From positions 21,390,163-21,410,162 of the forward strand of contig NC_057719.1 in NCBI RefSeq assembly GCF_004010195.1: 20,000 nucleotides of DNA. Reading direction: 5' to 3'. This DNA comes from Chiloscyllium plagiosum. Its lineage: Eukaryota. The translations under genes were made by a program, and so were the position numbers. Shown piece after piece: positions 1-11,660 of this stretch; the first letter of the stretch is position 1, and the number at the start of each line of letters is the position of its first letter. The notes under the pieces are model-generated. The model was not told the origin of the DNA. It saw only the letters and a program-made list of their open reading frames with translations, and did not search any database.

Positions 1-229
1 AGTCCACACGGACCCTCCGTAAAGCAACCCACCCAGACCCAATCCTCTACACTTAACGCTACGGGCAATTCAGCATCGCCAATTCACCTAACCTGCACAT
101 TTTTGGACATGGGAGGAAACCCATGCAGACACAAGGAGAATGTGCAAACTCCACACAGACAGTTACCTGATGGGAATTGAACCCAGGTCTCTGCTGCTGT
201 GAGGCAGCAGTGCTAACCACTGTGCCACC
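1..229 (-). mobile_element. tRNA-derived SINE (HE1/V-SINE-like), 3' end outside the window
   Basis: Minus strand begins GGTGGCACAGTGGTTAGCACTGCTGCCTCAC (A box), then GGGTTCAATTCCC (B box). Body is homologous to the copies at 16049-16679 and 18742-18884. Confidence 0.9.
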
Positions 230-647
230 CATCTATTAGCATCTGGGGTCTACAGTAAAAGGGAGAGAACTTAATATGTGGTGTGCACTAGAACAGTAAA
301 TAATGAAGAACAGTAGATCTCAGACTCAATCTGGAAGTGCTCAGTTCTTGAGGTCAGGTTTGAGCAATTATGATTCAAAATTGTGAACTGCAAGGTCAGG
401 ATCCACTATTGTATAGTCTTAGCAAAGCACTATTTCTGAGGTTTGTAATTAAGAATGCGGTTACTGCAATTCTAATTATCTTTCTCCTATGTTTACACTG
501 AGCCCTGATTGTTACGACACAGTCTATAGGATGATATTCTTATCTCATAGTTCAATAGGATGCCCAATTGGCGAAAATATTTTGAATGAAAAGTACTCTT
601 ATAAGGAAGCCATTTAGGGATTTGGACTATAGTTCCCAAAGAGAATT

Positions 648-3188
648 CTGAGGTAATAGTAATGTTACATAACTAATAATTCAGAGTCTAGGCTAGTACT
701 CCAGAAATATAAGATCAAATCCCACCAGGGGAGTTGGGGGGAATTTCAATTCAATTTGTTAATAAATCTGAAATTCAAAGCTTAGTTTTAGTAATGGTAA
801 ATAAGATGCAATCAAATATTGGCTCACTGATTTCTGACAAGTGACTCCAGATTCACTATGTCACTGACTCTGAACTGCTCCCTGAACTGATCGAGAAAGC
901 TGCTCTGTTTTGCCAAACTGCTACAAAAGTTAAAGGAACAAAATCAGACACTGGGCACAGCTCATTGTGCTCCATTAATCCTGCGAAAACCTTCTCACTA
1001 ATATCAGGAGAATCCTCCCACAGATTTGTCAAGCAACAACCTGATGTGGTCATACACACTGAATCTCACTGTATAGTCAATGTTCCAGGCACTACCATGG
1101 CTATCGCTGAGTATGTCTTATCCTGCAGCAAAGGCAGATAGAATGACTTCATAGAATTCAGTTGGAATGGAGTTCTTCTGAGCATCTTTAACATTGACAC
1201 TGGACTGTATGAAATTTCATGGCCAACAAAAACTGCTGATTTATTCCCTGATGAATCAGTACTCCACTATATTGAACACCATTGGAAAGAAACACTGAGC
1301 AACAGAATCCATACAATATATTCTGGGAGGAGTACTTCACTATCAAACCAGGAGTGCCTCAGCCACTCTCTCACTGACCAAGCTGACTACGTTTTAAAGA
1401 TAATAGCTACTCACCTGAGTCTACATCAGGAATTTGAGGGGACAGAGTAGGAAATTATTATGTGTCTTCATCCTTATCAAGCTACCTCCTGCAGTTTTGG
1501 TAGGAGTGACTACCATACAGACCTTGGGGGATAAAATCTCATTTTCATCTTCTCATCATAGAGATTTAAGTCTTTCATGTACTGGGACACCATTATCAGG
1601 TCACTTGGGATAGATTCAGAACAGATCTATCAGTTCAAACTAGGCAACCATGAGACACTGTGGAAAATCATCAGCAGCAGAACTGCATTCAACACTAATA
1701 TGGAATTGCTGGCCAAGCATATCTACCAGTGGACCACTATGAAGCAAGCAATCAAGGCAAATTCAATGACAAGCACAAAGATGCATGCCAAGGGTACAAC
1801 CTGGCATACCTGGTGAAGTTATGCCAGAGGCTGAATAGTAAAAGCACAATGCAATGGACGAAGACAACCATCTCACATCCAATAGATCTGATCTAAGCTG
1901 TTCAATCCTGACACACCAGTTATGATTGGTAGTGAGCAATTAAATAACTCACAGGAGGAGAAGGCTCCACAATTATCCCATGCCTTGAGGCTAAGGGATC
2001 ACAACACATTAGTGCAAAAAACAAGGCTGAAGCATATGAAAGCATCTTCAACTATTAGAAGCAGGTGGGTGATCTATCGCTGAATTGCCCAACATCACCA
2101 ATGTTAGTCTTCAGACAATTTGATTCATTCCACATCCAAGAAATATCTGAAGGCATTGGTTACTGTGAAGGCTATGGGCCCTAACAAAATTCCAGCAATA
2201 GTAATGGACAATTGTGCTCCAGAAATGATCATACATCAAGCCAAGCTATTGAAGTACAGATCCAATGTTAGTACTTTGTGGCAAAGTGGAAAATTACACA
2301 GCTCCATCCTGTACACACAAGTATAACAAATTCTTACCAGACGACTATTGCATCATCAGTCTCCTGACAATCACTAGCTAAGTAATGGAGATATCATCAA
2401 CAGTGCTAGCAAGGAGCAGATGTACAGCAATAACTTCTCATTGTCACTGGGTTTGCAAAATCCACTCCAGCTCCCAACTTCATTACATACTTGATCCAAA
2501 TATGGACAAAAGAGCTGAACAGAAGAGTGGAAGTGAGAGTGACTGCTCTTGACATCAAGGCTGCATTTAACTCAACCTGGCATCAAGAAACCTGAGCAGA
2601 ATTAGAGTCAATAGGAATCGGGGGGGAACTCCTTGCTGGTTAGAGTCATACATAGTTGACAGGAAGATAGTTGCAGTTGTTGGAGAATACTCATGCCAGT
2701 CCAAAGGCAACACTGTTGGAGTTCCTCAGGGTCGCATCATCGGTCCAAACATTTTCAACTGCTTCATAAATGAACTTTGCTCTATCATAACATCAGAAGT
2801 GGGCAAGTTCACCAATAATAGCACAATGTTCAGCACCATTCATGACTCTTCAGGACGGAATCAGTCCCTGTCCAAGTACAGTTGCATGCAGAATTTGGAC
2901 CTGAATAACACCCAGTTTTAGAGTAATAAGTGTCAAATAACATTCATACTGCATAAGTACCAGTTAATAACCATCACTAATACGAGAGAATCTATCATCC
3001 CTAGATATTTAATGGCATTACCATTGCTGAATCCCAAACTACCAACATTTTAGGGTTGCCATTGACCAGAAACTGAATTTGTCTATTCATATATAAATAT
3101 TGCAGTTCCAAGAACAGATGAGAGGATGGAGAATCTGTGGCAAGCAACCCACCTCCTAATTCCTCAGAGTCTTTCTGCCATCTAAATA
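648..3188 (+). mobile_element. Old, degenerate non-LTR retrotransposon (APE endonuclease + RT); clade uncertain (CR1/L2/RTE-X-like); 3' end missing
   Basis: APE-like HRFVKQQPDVVIHTES at ~1019-1066; KALVTVKAMGPNKIPAIVMDNCAPE in ORF 2120; DYCIISLLTITS*VME at ~2340-2390; RT motifs VTALDIKAAFNSTWHQ (~2539-2586), GVPQGRIIGPNIFNCFINEL (2718-2777) and decayed FADD read as FTNN (~2808-2819). Many stops and frameshifts. The 5' boundary is the least certain part. Confidence 0.85.
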
Positions 3189-3189
3189 T

Positions 3190-3752
3190 ATTGGAGAAGA
3201 TACCAATAGCAATGCTTTTGTTAGATCCTCCAAATCAAGACGCATACAGAGTAAACTTCTCCCAAACCAAATCCAAGACACTAATCACGAAAAACTATAT
3301 CTGTTAGACCGAATATGTTATTTTCTCATGCCAAATGCTAGACTCCAGAAACAATTGCTCTACCTGAAGCTGAATCATAGCAGGGTACTGCTAGGGGTTA
3401 GCAAAAGTGCTTTGGAAGTTTGGAAATGTTCAAAGCATCTAAAGAGATGTCAGGCATCCCCACCTTTAGATGGAAGTATTTGGCCTGTGAGCAAACAAAA
3501 TGGAAAAGCTTCATTTGGAAAGGCATCAAACAGATCAAAAGACTTTGTTGCAAAGATGAAGAGGCAACGTCAAGACATAAAAAGGGTGTGCACAAACCGT
3601 CAAAAAATTCATCTACCTTATGTTTCGATGCCTTCTTCCCCATCTGCGACAGGGTCTGCAGATCATGCATTGAACCTTGCAGCCATTGCAGAACCCATCA
3701 AACTCATTTGAAAGCAAGTCATCCTGGAACCCAAGAGGCTATCTAAGGAGAG
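3190..3752 (+). mobile_element. RTE-clade (BovB-like) LINE, 3' fragment
   Basis: MPNARLQKQLLYLKL (cf. RTE RMPDxRLPKQxLYxEL), FKASKEMSGIPTFRWKYLACEQTKWKSFIWKG, and C-terminal Zn-finger-like PICDRVCRSCIEPCSHCRTH. Ends in a short 3' UTR GCAAGTCATCCTGG...GAGGCTATCTAAG. Confidence 0.8.
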
Positions 3753-4675
3753 GGAAGTTGATTCATATATTGGACCTCAGCTTCTAATGTAGAAATTTAA
3801 CCTGCTCTCACAAACATAACTAGTGGATATGTCTGTACAGCAAGGCCCACAGCTATTAAACCTCAATGAGCATTTTACAAACTGCACTGAGACGATGCAC
3901 CTCACTGCTTATTATTATTTCACTAACTGGAAACAATCATCAAACTAAAATGAAATGGAGAAGAGAGAAGGATACTATGGCTGGCAGCAAACTTCGGGGT
4001 TACATATTTCTGTTGAAGTTTCTGTGTGATTGTGACAGAAGAAGGAGTATTCAGGAAGGAGTCCTGCAACAGGCTTTAAGCAATGAGCTTAAGACCTCCC
4101 TTGTGCCAGGGACCCCTGAATAATTGGGTTGACTCTGTATGGGTGTCTTCAAACTCAATTGGAACATGGGACACAGTTCATTTTCACCCCTGCTTGTCAA
4201 CTGGAAAATCTGTACAAGTCCAATTTCTACTCCTGTGCCTCAGGACAGATAACATTATAGTTGACTTTCTGTACATCTCGACCCTATGAAGGGCATGTCA
4301 AGTGACAATGGAAAGAAACTTATATAGTAAAACTCAACGTTGCTAGTCAAATAGATTCTTGGTTGGGACAGGATATGAGTTATTTAGTGTGGTTTTGCAC
4401 ATAATAGGTAGATTGTTTAGACATGTTAGTACCAATTGAAGTATAATAATACAAGACGGAAAATATTGATTAAAAGTCAGATTTAGCAGTTAGAAGACAC
4501 ATTGTCAGCCCCTTGAGATTAGCACAGGACTATTCAGCTAGGGCTATAATATTCTAATGTAATATCAGTGCACTGCTTTCCTGTCAGATAAGGGTACAAC
4601 ATAGAGGTCAATGGAGCATTGTAAAGAAAACACTTCAGCAATTTCAAGTGAGAAATGACATTTTTCCTAAAATAA

Positions 4676-4792
4676 AACAAAGAACTGCAGATGCTGGAAA
4701 TCAGAAACAAGATCAGAAATTGCTGGAAAATCTCAGCAGAGCTGGCAGCATCTGTGCATTTCTCTGAGTTTTTCCAGCAATTACTGATATTT
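4676..4792. mobile_element. Penelope-like terminal-repeat relic forming a 25-bp inverted repeat
   Basis: ACTGCAGATGCTGGAAA is shared with the Penelope end at ~11039 and CTGCAGATGCTGGA with 14043. Arms 4712-4736 and 4764-4788 are reverse complements with 2 mismatches. Confidence 0.7.
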
Positions 4793-5189
4793 TTTTCCAT
4801 GTTACCTCTACTAATGATAGTTTCTCAATTTGATATATTATATATTATTAATTATTACGAGACTGTTCTTATAAGATCACGGAAGGACCGAAACATTTAT
4901 AGGTTTGGAATAGGTAGGATTTATTCATATAAATGCTGGTTATTGTTGTCTTCCTGTGCATACAGACACTGTAAGGAGCAATCAACAACATCACGGAGTC
5001 AGTACTTAAGAAGCACCATAAAAATGGGAATAAGATAAATTGAAGAAAAACTACAGTGGCAATGCAACAGAGCATTACTTCAACAATTCTTTGATCCCCT
5101 CATTCAGCCCTGCTGGGATTATGCTGGCTTGAGGAATTAGTTGCAATAATGGATTCTCAACATGCCACTATCACTATTCCACTATTCCA

Positions 5190-5288
5190 TATTCCTGATG
5201 AAGAGCTCATGCTCGAAACGTCGACTCTCCTGCTCCTCGGATGCTTCCACAAAGGGTTGTGCTTTTCCAGTACCACACTTTTCGACAC
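5190..5288 (+). mobile_element. Penelope-like element 3' terminal fragment
   Basis: Homologous to 14191-14285 (ATTCCTGAnGAAG...GAAACGT.GA.TCTCCTG.TCCT.GGATGCT...GCTTTTCCAG). Confidence 0.8.
5195..5222 (+). ncRNA. Minimal type I hammerhead ribozyme motif
   Basis: CTGATGA-A-GAGC-TCAT-GCTC-GAAAC-GTC: intact core, 4-bp stem II, GUC cleavage triplet. Stem I is weak. Confidence 0.7.
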
Positions 5289-5309
5289 AACTATCAAATT
5301 GATTCCATT

Positions 5310-6603
5310 TGGAGGATTACTTTGGTCCACTTGATAATTGCAATAACCAGAAATAGCTTAATTGGCAAATGGATAGATTCTATCATGCCCATAAAAGATT
5401 TGGTTTAACCATCAGTGTCAAGAAGGCAAAAGACAGGCTCAAGGATGTTGCCAGATTTCCAGAAATGAGTTTTCATCATCTGACACCACAGCTTGTTGAT
5501 AGCTTCACATTGACTTCACACTGACTTTGCAATCATTAGTGATCTGTTGTTTGATGCTGAAGTCATAGAGTCATAGAAACAGACCCTTTGGTCCAACCAG
5601 TGCATATCAACCATAATCCCAAACTAGTCCCACCTGCCTGAACGTGAACCATATCCTCCAAACATTTCTTACTCATGTACTTATCCAAATGTCTTTTAAA
5701 CATTGTAACTGTACCCACATCCATTACTTCCTTTAGAAGCTCACTCAACCTCTGTGTAAAAAAACTGCCCCTCATGTCTCTTTTAACGTTTTCTCCTCTC
5801 ACCTTAAACATATGCCCCCTAATCTTGAAATCCCCCACCCTGGGGAAAAACACCTGCCATTCACCTTATCTATACCTCTCATGTTTTTAAAAATCTCTGA
5901 ACAGTCATCCCTCAACCTCCTACGCTCCAGTGTAAAAAAAGTCCCAGCCTATTCAGCCTCTCCATATGATTCAAACGCTCCATTCCTGGCAATATCCTGG
6001 TAAATCTCTTCTGAACCTTCTCCAGCGTAATAATATCCATCCTAAAACAGGGAAACCAGAACTGAACACAATACTCCACAAGACTCCACATTAACCAAGT
6101 CAACTTGCACAATTAAAAAGCTGCAGCTGTTATGTCCAAGTTGAGATTGTCGAGCAACCCAATGGTGACAATTGAGCTGTAAGTCTGCCAAGCCTTGATC
6201 CTCTGTTGTGCTGAGACTGAACATGATGTACTAGGCAGGAGAAAAGACTGAACAGTCTTCACCTTTGACTGTCAGACATACCCTAGACATCTTTTGGCGG
6301 GACAATGTCAATTCAGAGGGATTTGCATGTTCTAATCTCAGTGGCATACATTTATTGCTAAGTCAATGACGTGTGCACCAACTGAGCTGTTTTCTGTGCA
6401 TGGATGACAGCCCTGTACCCAAAGGCCTTCTGTCCAGTGAACTGACGACTGTGTAACTACCTATAGGCCGACTGACTTCCTTCACAGCAAACATGAAGGC
6501 GCTGCTATGCCCGAGTTGTGTTCCTGAGTAATACCAGTGGATGTTTAACACAGAGTGAACCAACAGGGTGAAAGCCATCATCTTCTGACGTGGAAGGCTG
6601 CCA
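5310..6603 (+). mobile_element. Degenerate RTE-clade LINE 3' portion, interrupted by a CR1 insertion
   Basis: Left part MDRFYHAHKRFGLTISVKKAK (from 5369) ... DLLFDAEV. Resumes after 6102 with KAAAVMSKL, TRQEKRLNSLHL, RHTLDIFWRDNV and MDDSPVPKGLLSSELT. RTE-like end CCATCATCTTCTGACGTGGAAGGCTGCCA. Confidence 0.75.
5566..6096 (-). mobile_element. CR1/HER1-type LINE, 5'-truncated, TSD AAGTCA
   Basis: EYCVQFWFPCFRMDIITLEKVQKRFTRILPGM and RGHMFKVRGE...RGSFFTQR. TGACTCTATGA-type tail. AAGTCA at 5560-5565 and 6097-6102. Confidence 0.92.
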
Positions 6604-6682
6604 ATGTCACCCTAATTTGTGACCTGAATATTAACTATTTAAAAAAGGACCCAAAATATGGTTGTTTATAATGATTATAAAA

Positions 6683-7830
6683 CAATAAGACCATAAGACA
6701 TAGGAGAGAAAGTAAGGCCATTCAGCCCATCGGGTCCATCCGCTATTCAGTCAAGGCTAATGGCCATTTCAACACCATTTACCCACACTCTCCCTGCAGC
6801 CCTTAATTCCTTGCGAGATCAAGAATTTATCAATCTGCCTTGAAGACATTAAATGTCCTGACCTCCACTGCACTCCGTGGCAATGAATTCCACAGGCCCA
6901 CCACTCTCTGGCCAAAGAAATGTTTCCTCATTTCCATTCTAAATTGACCCCCTCTAATTTTAAGCCTGTGCCCATGGGTCCTAGTATTCCCACCTAACGG
7001 AAACAAATTCCCAGTGTCCTACCTTTCGAAGCCATGCATTATCTTGTAAGTTTCTATTAGATCTCCCCTCAACATTCTAACCTCTATTGAATACAATCCC
7101 AGGATCCTCAGCCGTTCATCGTATGTTAGGTCTACCATAGATCATCTTCCAGAGATCATCTGTGTGAATCTCCGCTGGACACGCTCCAATGCCAGTACGT
7201 CCTTTCTGAGGTATGGGCCCAGTATTGGATACAGTATTCTAAATGGGGCCTAACCAGAGCTTTATAAAGTCTCAGTAGCACATCGCTGCTATTATATTCC
7301 AACACTTTTGAGATAAATGGCAACATTACATTTGTTTTCCTAATCACAGACTCAACCTGCAAGTTAACCTTTACAGAATCCTGGACTAGCACTCCCAAAT
7401 CCCTTTGTACTTTGGCTTTATGAATTTTTTCACCGTTTAGAAAATAGTCCATGCCTGTATTCTTATTTCCAAAGTGCAAGACCTCACATTTGCTCACATT
7501 GAATTTCATCAGCCATTTTTTGGATCACTGGCCAAAACTGTCTAAATCTTTCTGCTGCCTCCCCACCTCCTCAGAACTATCTGCCTGTCCAGCTAACTTT
7601 GTATCATCTGCAAACTTCGCCAGAATGCCCCCAGTCCCCTCATCCAGATCATTAATATATAAAGTGAAAAGCTGCGGCCCCAACATTGAATCCTGCGGGA
7701 CACCACTTGTCACTAGCTGCCATTCCGAAAAAGAACCTTTTATCCAACTGTCTGCCTTATGTCAGACAGCCAATCCTCAATCCATGCCAGTAGCTCAGCT
7801 TGAACACCATGGGCCCTCATCTTACTTAGC
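6683..7830 (-). mobile_element. CR1-type LINE, 5'-truncated (RT C-half + 3' UTR)
   Basis: TSGVPQDSMLGPQLFTLYINDLDEGTGGILAKFADDTKL and MKFNVSKCEVLHFG...RDLGVLV...LYKALVRPHLEYCIQYW. (TCTTATGG)-like tail at 6683-6702. Confidence 0.93.
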
Positions 7831-8049
7831 ATTATTAGCATGTTATTTTAAAAGCTGAATAGCTGTTCGTTTGGGATAACTTCTTTGCAACATGGAGAGA
7901 TCAGATTTGCAATCTAACTACCGTTATTTCTTTGATGAACATTTTTATGCTTTCTTAATCTTCTCAGGGAATACGGATTTAACAGTGGTTCCAATAAGAC
8001 TTTAAAATTTGCATTGCAGAATGCCTGCAAATGTGTGTATTTAATTCAA

Positions 8050-8200
8050 GTTGATTGATTGACTGATTGATTTATTGTTGTCACACGTACCGAGATACAG
8101 TGAAAAGTGTTGTTTTGTGTGCAACACAGGCAGATTGTACCATACAAAGTGCATCAGGTTGCACAACAGAGTGCAGAGCACTGTGTTGCAGCTGTGTTAC
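8050..8200 (-). mobile_element. Short LINE 3' tail (L2/Rex1-like)
   Basis: Minus strand reads ...TTTTCACTGTATCTCGGTACGTGTGACAACAATAAA followed by a degenerate (TCAA)n tail. Family recognised from memory only. Confidence 0.5.
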
Positions 8201-9841
8201 TGTGTCAAATTTAACATTCAAGTGTTCCATTTGCAATGGGATACATCAGGTTGGCACTATAGGGCTGTACTTCAGTGCCTCTGGTGCAGATAAACAATCA
8301 TCAGAAGATGAGATAAGAAACTGTGGTACACAGTGCCCGAGTTCTTTCTGTCTTTCTATAGGGATTAGTGGAAAATCAGGCATTACATGCCCATTGTTTT
8401 TCAGCAAATGCCTCACAGGAATACCATTCTGTGCCAAGAATTCCCAAAACCTCATCCCATGTGATTCGTATTACAATACCACAGTAGAATCAAAAAATAA
8501 TATGCATACTCATAGCATCCTCCTTATGCAAAGGCAGTAAAAAGTACTGAACCAGCAAATGAAAAAGGTCAAGAAACAGACAAAGCTATTCTCCCAGAAA
8601 AGCAAAGTATATCTAATGCAGAGATCCAAAGGAAAAGCAGTCAGTGCTAGAGACACTCAGTAAATTTGAGCAGAATCTGTGGCAGGAGATTAGAGGTTTG
8701 AATTTTGACAAAGTGTCATTTTTGTCAAGTATCATGGAGGATTTCTCTCCTTAAGCCATAACCTCTTTTCTTGTACTGTTGGCCCAAAATCACGTCATTA
8801 ATTGTGTATCACGCCACACATGTCTTACGTTCATTCCAATTATAGGTGCCAAGGTACAGCATTAAAGTGGAGAGGTACTGTAAGTGGATTCGAGACATGC
8901 CATGATGGTGTGAAGAGGCTGGAGTGTGTCAAATGCCCACATCCACTGATATGAGGTGTACCTGCCCGCTGCCCCTGGAGTGCCTCCTTAGACAATATTG
9001 CAGATCATCCAAGTTAGAGACCTGGTGGAGCAGACAGCGAGCTGGAGTGGCTTACTGCTGACTTCCATGTGGGAAATTCTCAACATCTAGTTTCCATCTG
9101 GCATGTGGCGGAATAAGAGACTGCGTAGTAATGAGGTAGTGATAATGAGGGTGATAGTGAGCGATAATCCCTGTTAATGAGCCTTTTGGTACTCTTTGGT
9201 GAGAATCTCTTCTCAGTATGCAGAAATTAGCTGCAAAAACCAATTGTGTTTTACTGCCTGATACCAAAAAAAAAGCCTCACCCAAATTCTCATGTGATTC
9301 TCAACAACTCTTGCAATAGTCCGTTTCATTCAGGAACTGGGAAGATTCTGTCCAGAGTTTAATAACTGATGCCCACCATTGCTTTAATGACTCTACTGAC
9401 CTGACCTGTCTCTCCACAACTAACACTTACTTTTCATCGATACATTTTCTTTATGACTATTAGCATTCCGTTTACTTTTTACTCTCGGGCACTGTTCCTA
9501 TCTGTTTCACTTTCTCCTCCATTGATATTTTACAACAGTTTAAAAACCATCATCTTTCCAGCCCATTCAGTCTCACTCCATCTCCATTTCTGAATCCAGC
9601 TCCTATCAGGACTCATGCTTGACCACTGTCACTATTGCATGAACACTACAAACCCTGCATGGCACCTGCACTGCTTACTCACTTGCCTGGGATGCCCATC
9701 ATCTATTGACCACCAGCACAAGCACTAAGAGCTGTGCCACCCACTTGAGCTACCTCAATCCGAACCTTTTTCATATCCCAGGAGAAGACAACCCACAGAT
9801 GGGGGTCAAATGGGCCCAGATGGGTGGAAAGATGGTAACAG

Positions 9842-10400
9842 ATAAGAGTTGGAAAGTCATGTTGAGGTTGAACAGCACATTGGTGAGGTCTCTTCTAGAG
9901 TACTGTATTCAGTTCTGGTCACCCAGTTATAGGAAGGTAGTTACTAAATTGCAGAAGAGATTTACCTGGATGCTGTTTACCAGATATGAAGGTTTGAATT
10001 ATAAAGAAAGGCTGGGACATTTTCTACTGGGGCTTAGGAGTTGAGAGGTGACCTTATAGAAGTTTATAAAATCATGTGGGGTATAGATAGAGTTAATGGT
10101 ATGTGTCTATTCCCGAGATGGAGAATTTCAATAGTAGGGGGCATTTTTTTTTTAAAGTGAGAGGAGAGAGATTTAAAAAATGCATGAGAGGCAAATGTTT
10201 TGCACAAAAGGTGGTTTGTGTGTGCAATGAACTTCCTGAGTACAACAATCTAAAAGACATTTGGATAAGTACATGAATGAGAAAGGTTTGGAGGGATATG
10301 GGCCAGGAGCAGGCAGGCGGGATGAGTTTCATTTGGGATTATGTTCGGCATGGACTGGTTAAACCGAAGGGTCTTGGTCCATGTTTTATGATTCTATGAC
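9842..10400 (+). mobile_element. CR1/HER1-type LINE 3' fragment
   Basis: VMLRLNSTLVRSLLEYCIQFWSPSYRK...LQKRFTWML. The 3' UTR is similar to the reverse complement of 5566-5850 and ends ATGATTCTATGAC. Confidence 0.9.
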
Positions 10401-10627
10401 TTGAATAACTATTGAGAAGACTACCTTGGCCCTCGCAGGAGAAAACTGGGACTATTCCTATGGAGATGGCAAGAGATTCATGTCTCACTGAGTAAGTACC
10501 ACTCTTCATTCCATTACAACTCTTACATCAACCCCACTGTCAGTGTCATTTGTGACACATTGTTCTTCTTTTGCCTTCATGTTCCACCAGCATATCCATC
10601 ACCACAGCCGGTGAAATAGCCAACTTC

Positions 10628-10935
10628 CCTAGAAAGAGGGGGGCACAGTCTAAGGATACCAGATAGACCAATTAACAGTGAGATGAGGAGAATTTTTTTT
10701 ATACAGAGAATGATAAGCCTTTGGAATTCTCCATCACAGAAGGGGATGGAAGCCAAATCATTGAATGTTTTCAAGAAGGAATTAGACACATTTCTGAGGT
10801 ATAAAGGGATTAAAAGGCATGGGGAGAAAGCAAGAGCAAAACACTGAATTGGATAATGAACCATGATCAGACTGGATGGAGGAACAGGGTCGAAGAGCTG
10901 AATAGCTCACTCCTGCTCCTATTTTCTTTGTTTCT
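10628..10935 (+). mobile_element. Old CR1 3' end fragment
   Basis: CTAGAAAGAGGGGGGCACAGTCTAAGGATA ... TGGAATTCTC ... CTCCTGCTCCTATTTTCTTTGTTTCT, homologous to 12390-12700. Confidence 0.8.
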
Positions 10936-11030
10936 CAACCATTGTCTTGATCTCCGAAGACAGGGGTCTGGAAGCCCTGCAGTATACATCAGCAATGCTT
11001 CCTCAAGTAGCTCAACCACTGATACCTTGG

Positions 11031-11660
11031 CAAAAATGACTGCAGATGCTGGAAACCAGATTCTGGATTAGTGGTGCTGGAAGAGCACAGCAGCTCAGGC
11101 AGCGTCCGAAGAGCAGTAAAATCAACGTTTCGGGCAAAAGCCCTTAATCAGGAAGAAAGGCAGTAAGCCTGAAGCATGGAGAGATAAGCTAGAGGAGGTG
11201 GGGGAAGGGGAAATGAGGAAACTGTTGGAATCCACATTGATGCCCTGGGGTTGAAGTGTTCCAAGGCGGAAGATGAGGCATTCTTCCTCCAGGCGTCTGG
11301 TGGTGAGGGAGCGGCGGTGAAGGAGGCCCAGGACCTCCATGTCCTCGGCATAGTGGGAAGGAGAGTTGAAATGTTGGGCCACAGGGCGGTGTGGTTGATT
11401 GGTTGTCCCGGAGATGTTCCCTAAAGCGCTCTGCTAGGAGGTGTCCAGTCTCCCCAATGTAGAGGAGACCGCATCAGGAGCAACGGATACAATAAATGAT
11501 ATTGGTGGATGTACAGGTAAAACTTTGATGGATGTGGAAGGCTCCTTTAAGGCCTTGAATGGAGGTGAGGGAGGAGGTGTGGGCGCAGGTTTTGCAATTC
11601 CTGCGGTGGCAGGGGAAGGTGCCAGGATGGGAGGGTGGATTGAAGGGGGGCGTGGACCTG
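11031..11660 (-). mobile_element. Penelope-like element, 5'-truncated, GIY-YIG endonuclease region + 3' repeat, 13-bp TSD
   Basis: Minus strand encodes PGTFPCHRRNCKTCAH, FTCTSTNIIYCIRCS*CGLLYIGETGHLLAERFREHL and AQHFNSPSH...RRLEEECLIFRLGTLQPQGIN. TSD ACTGATACCTTGG at 11018-11030 and 11661-11673. Confidence 0.93.
11124..11151 (-). ncRNA. Hammerhead ribozyme motif, core mutated (G8>T)
   Basis: CTGATTA-A-GGGC-TTTT-GCCC-GAAAC-GTT on the minus strand. Confidence 0.55.

Noticed and set aside
3990..4290. Minus-strand acceptor-like CCCTTCATAG followed by unique sequence
   Set aside because: All three frames stop within ~33 codons and no clear donor was found.
8067..8540. 157-aa Cys-rich ORF and opposite-strand 69-aa ORF
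   Set aside because: Starts at a non-ATG codon within a LINE tail, the Cys richness follows from TG-rich sequence, and there is no recognisable domain or convincing splice sites.
8640..8720. Possible very old Penelope terminus or hammerhead remnant
   Set aside because: Too decayed; no CTGAnGA/GAAA core.
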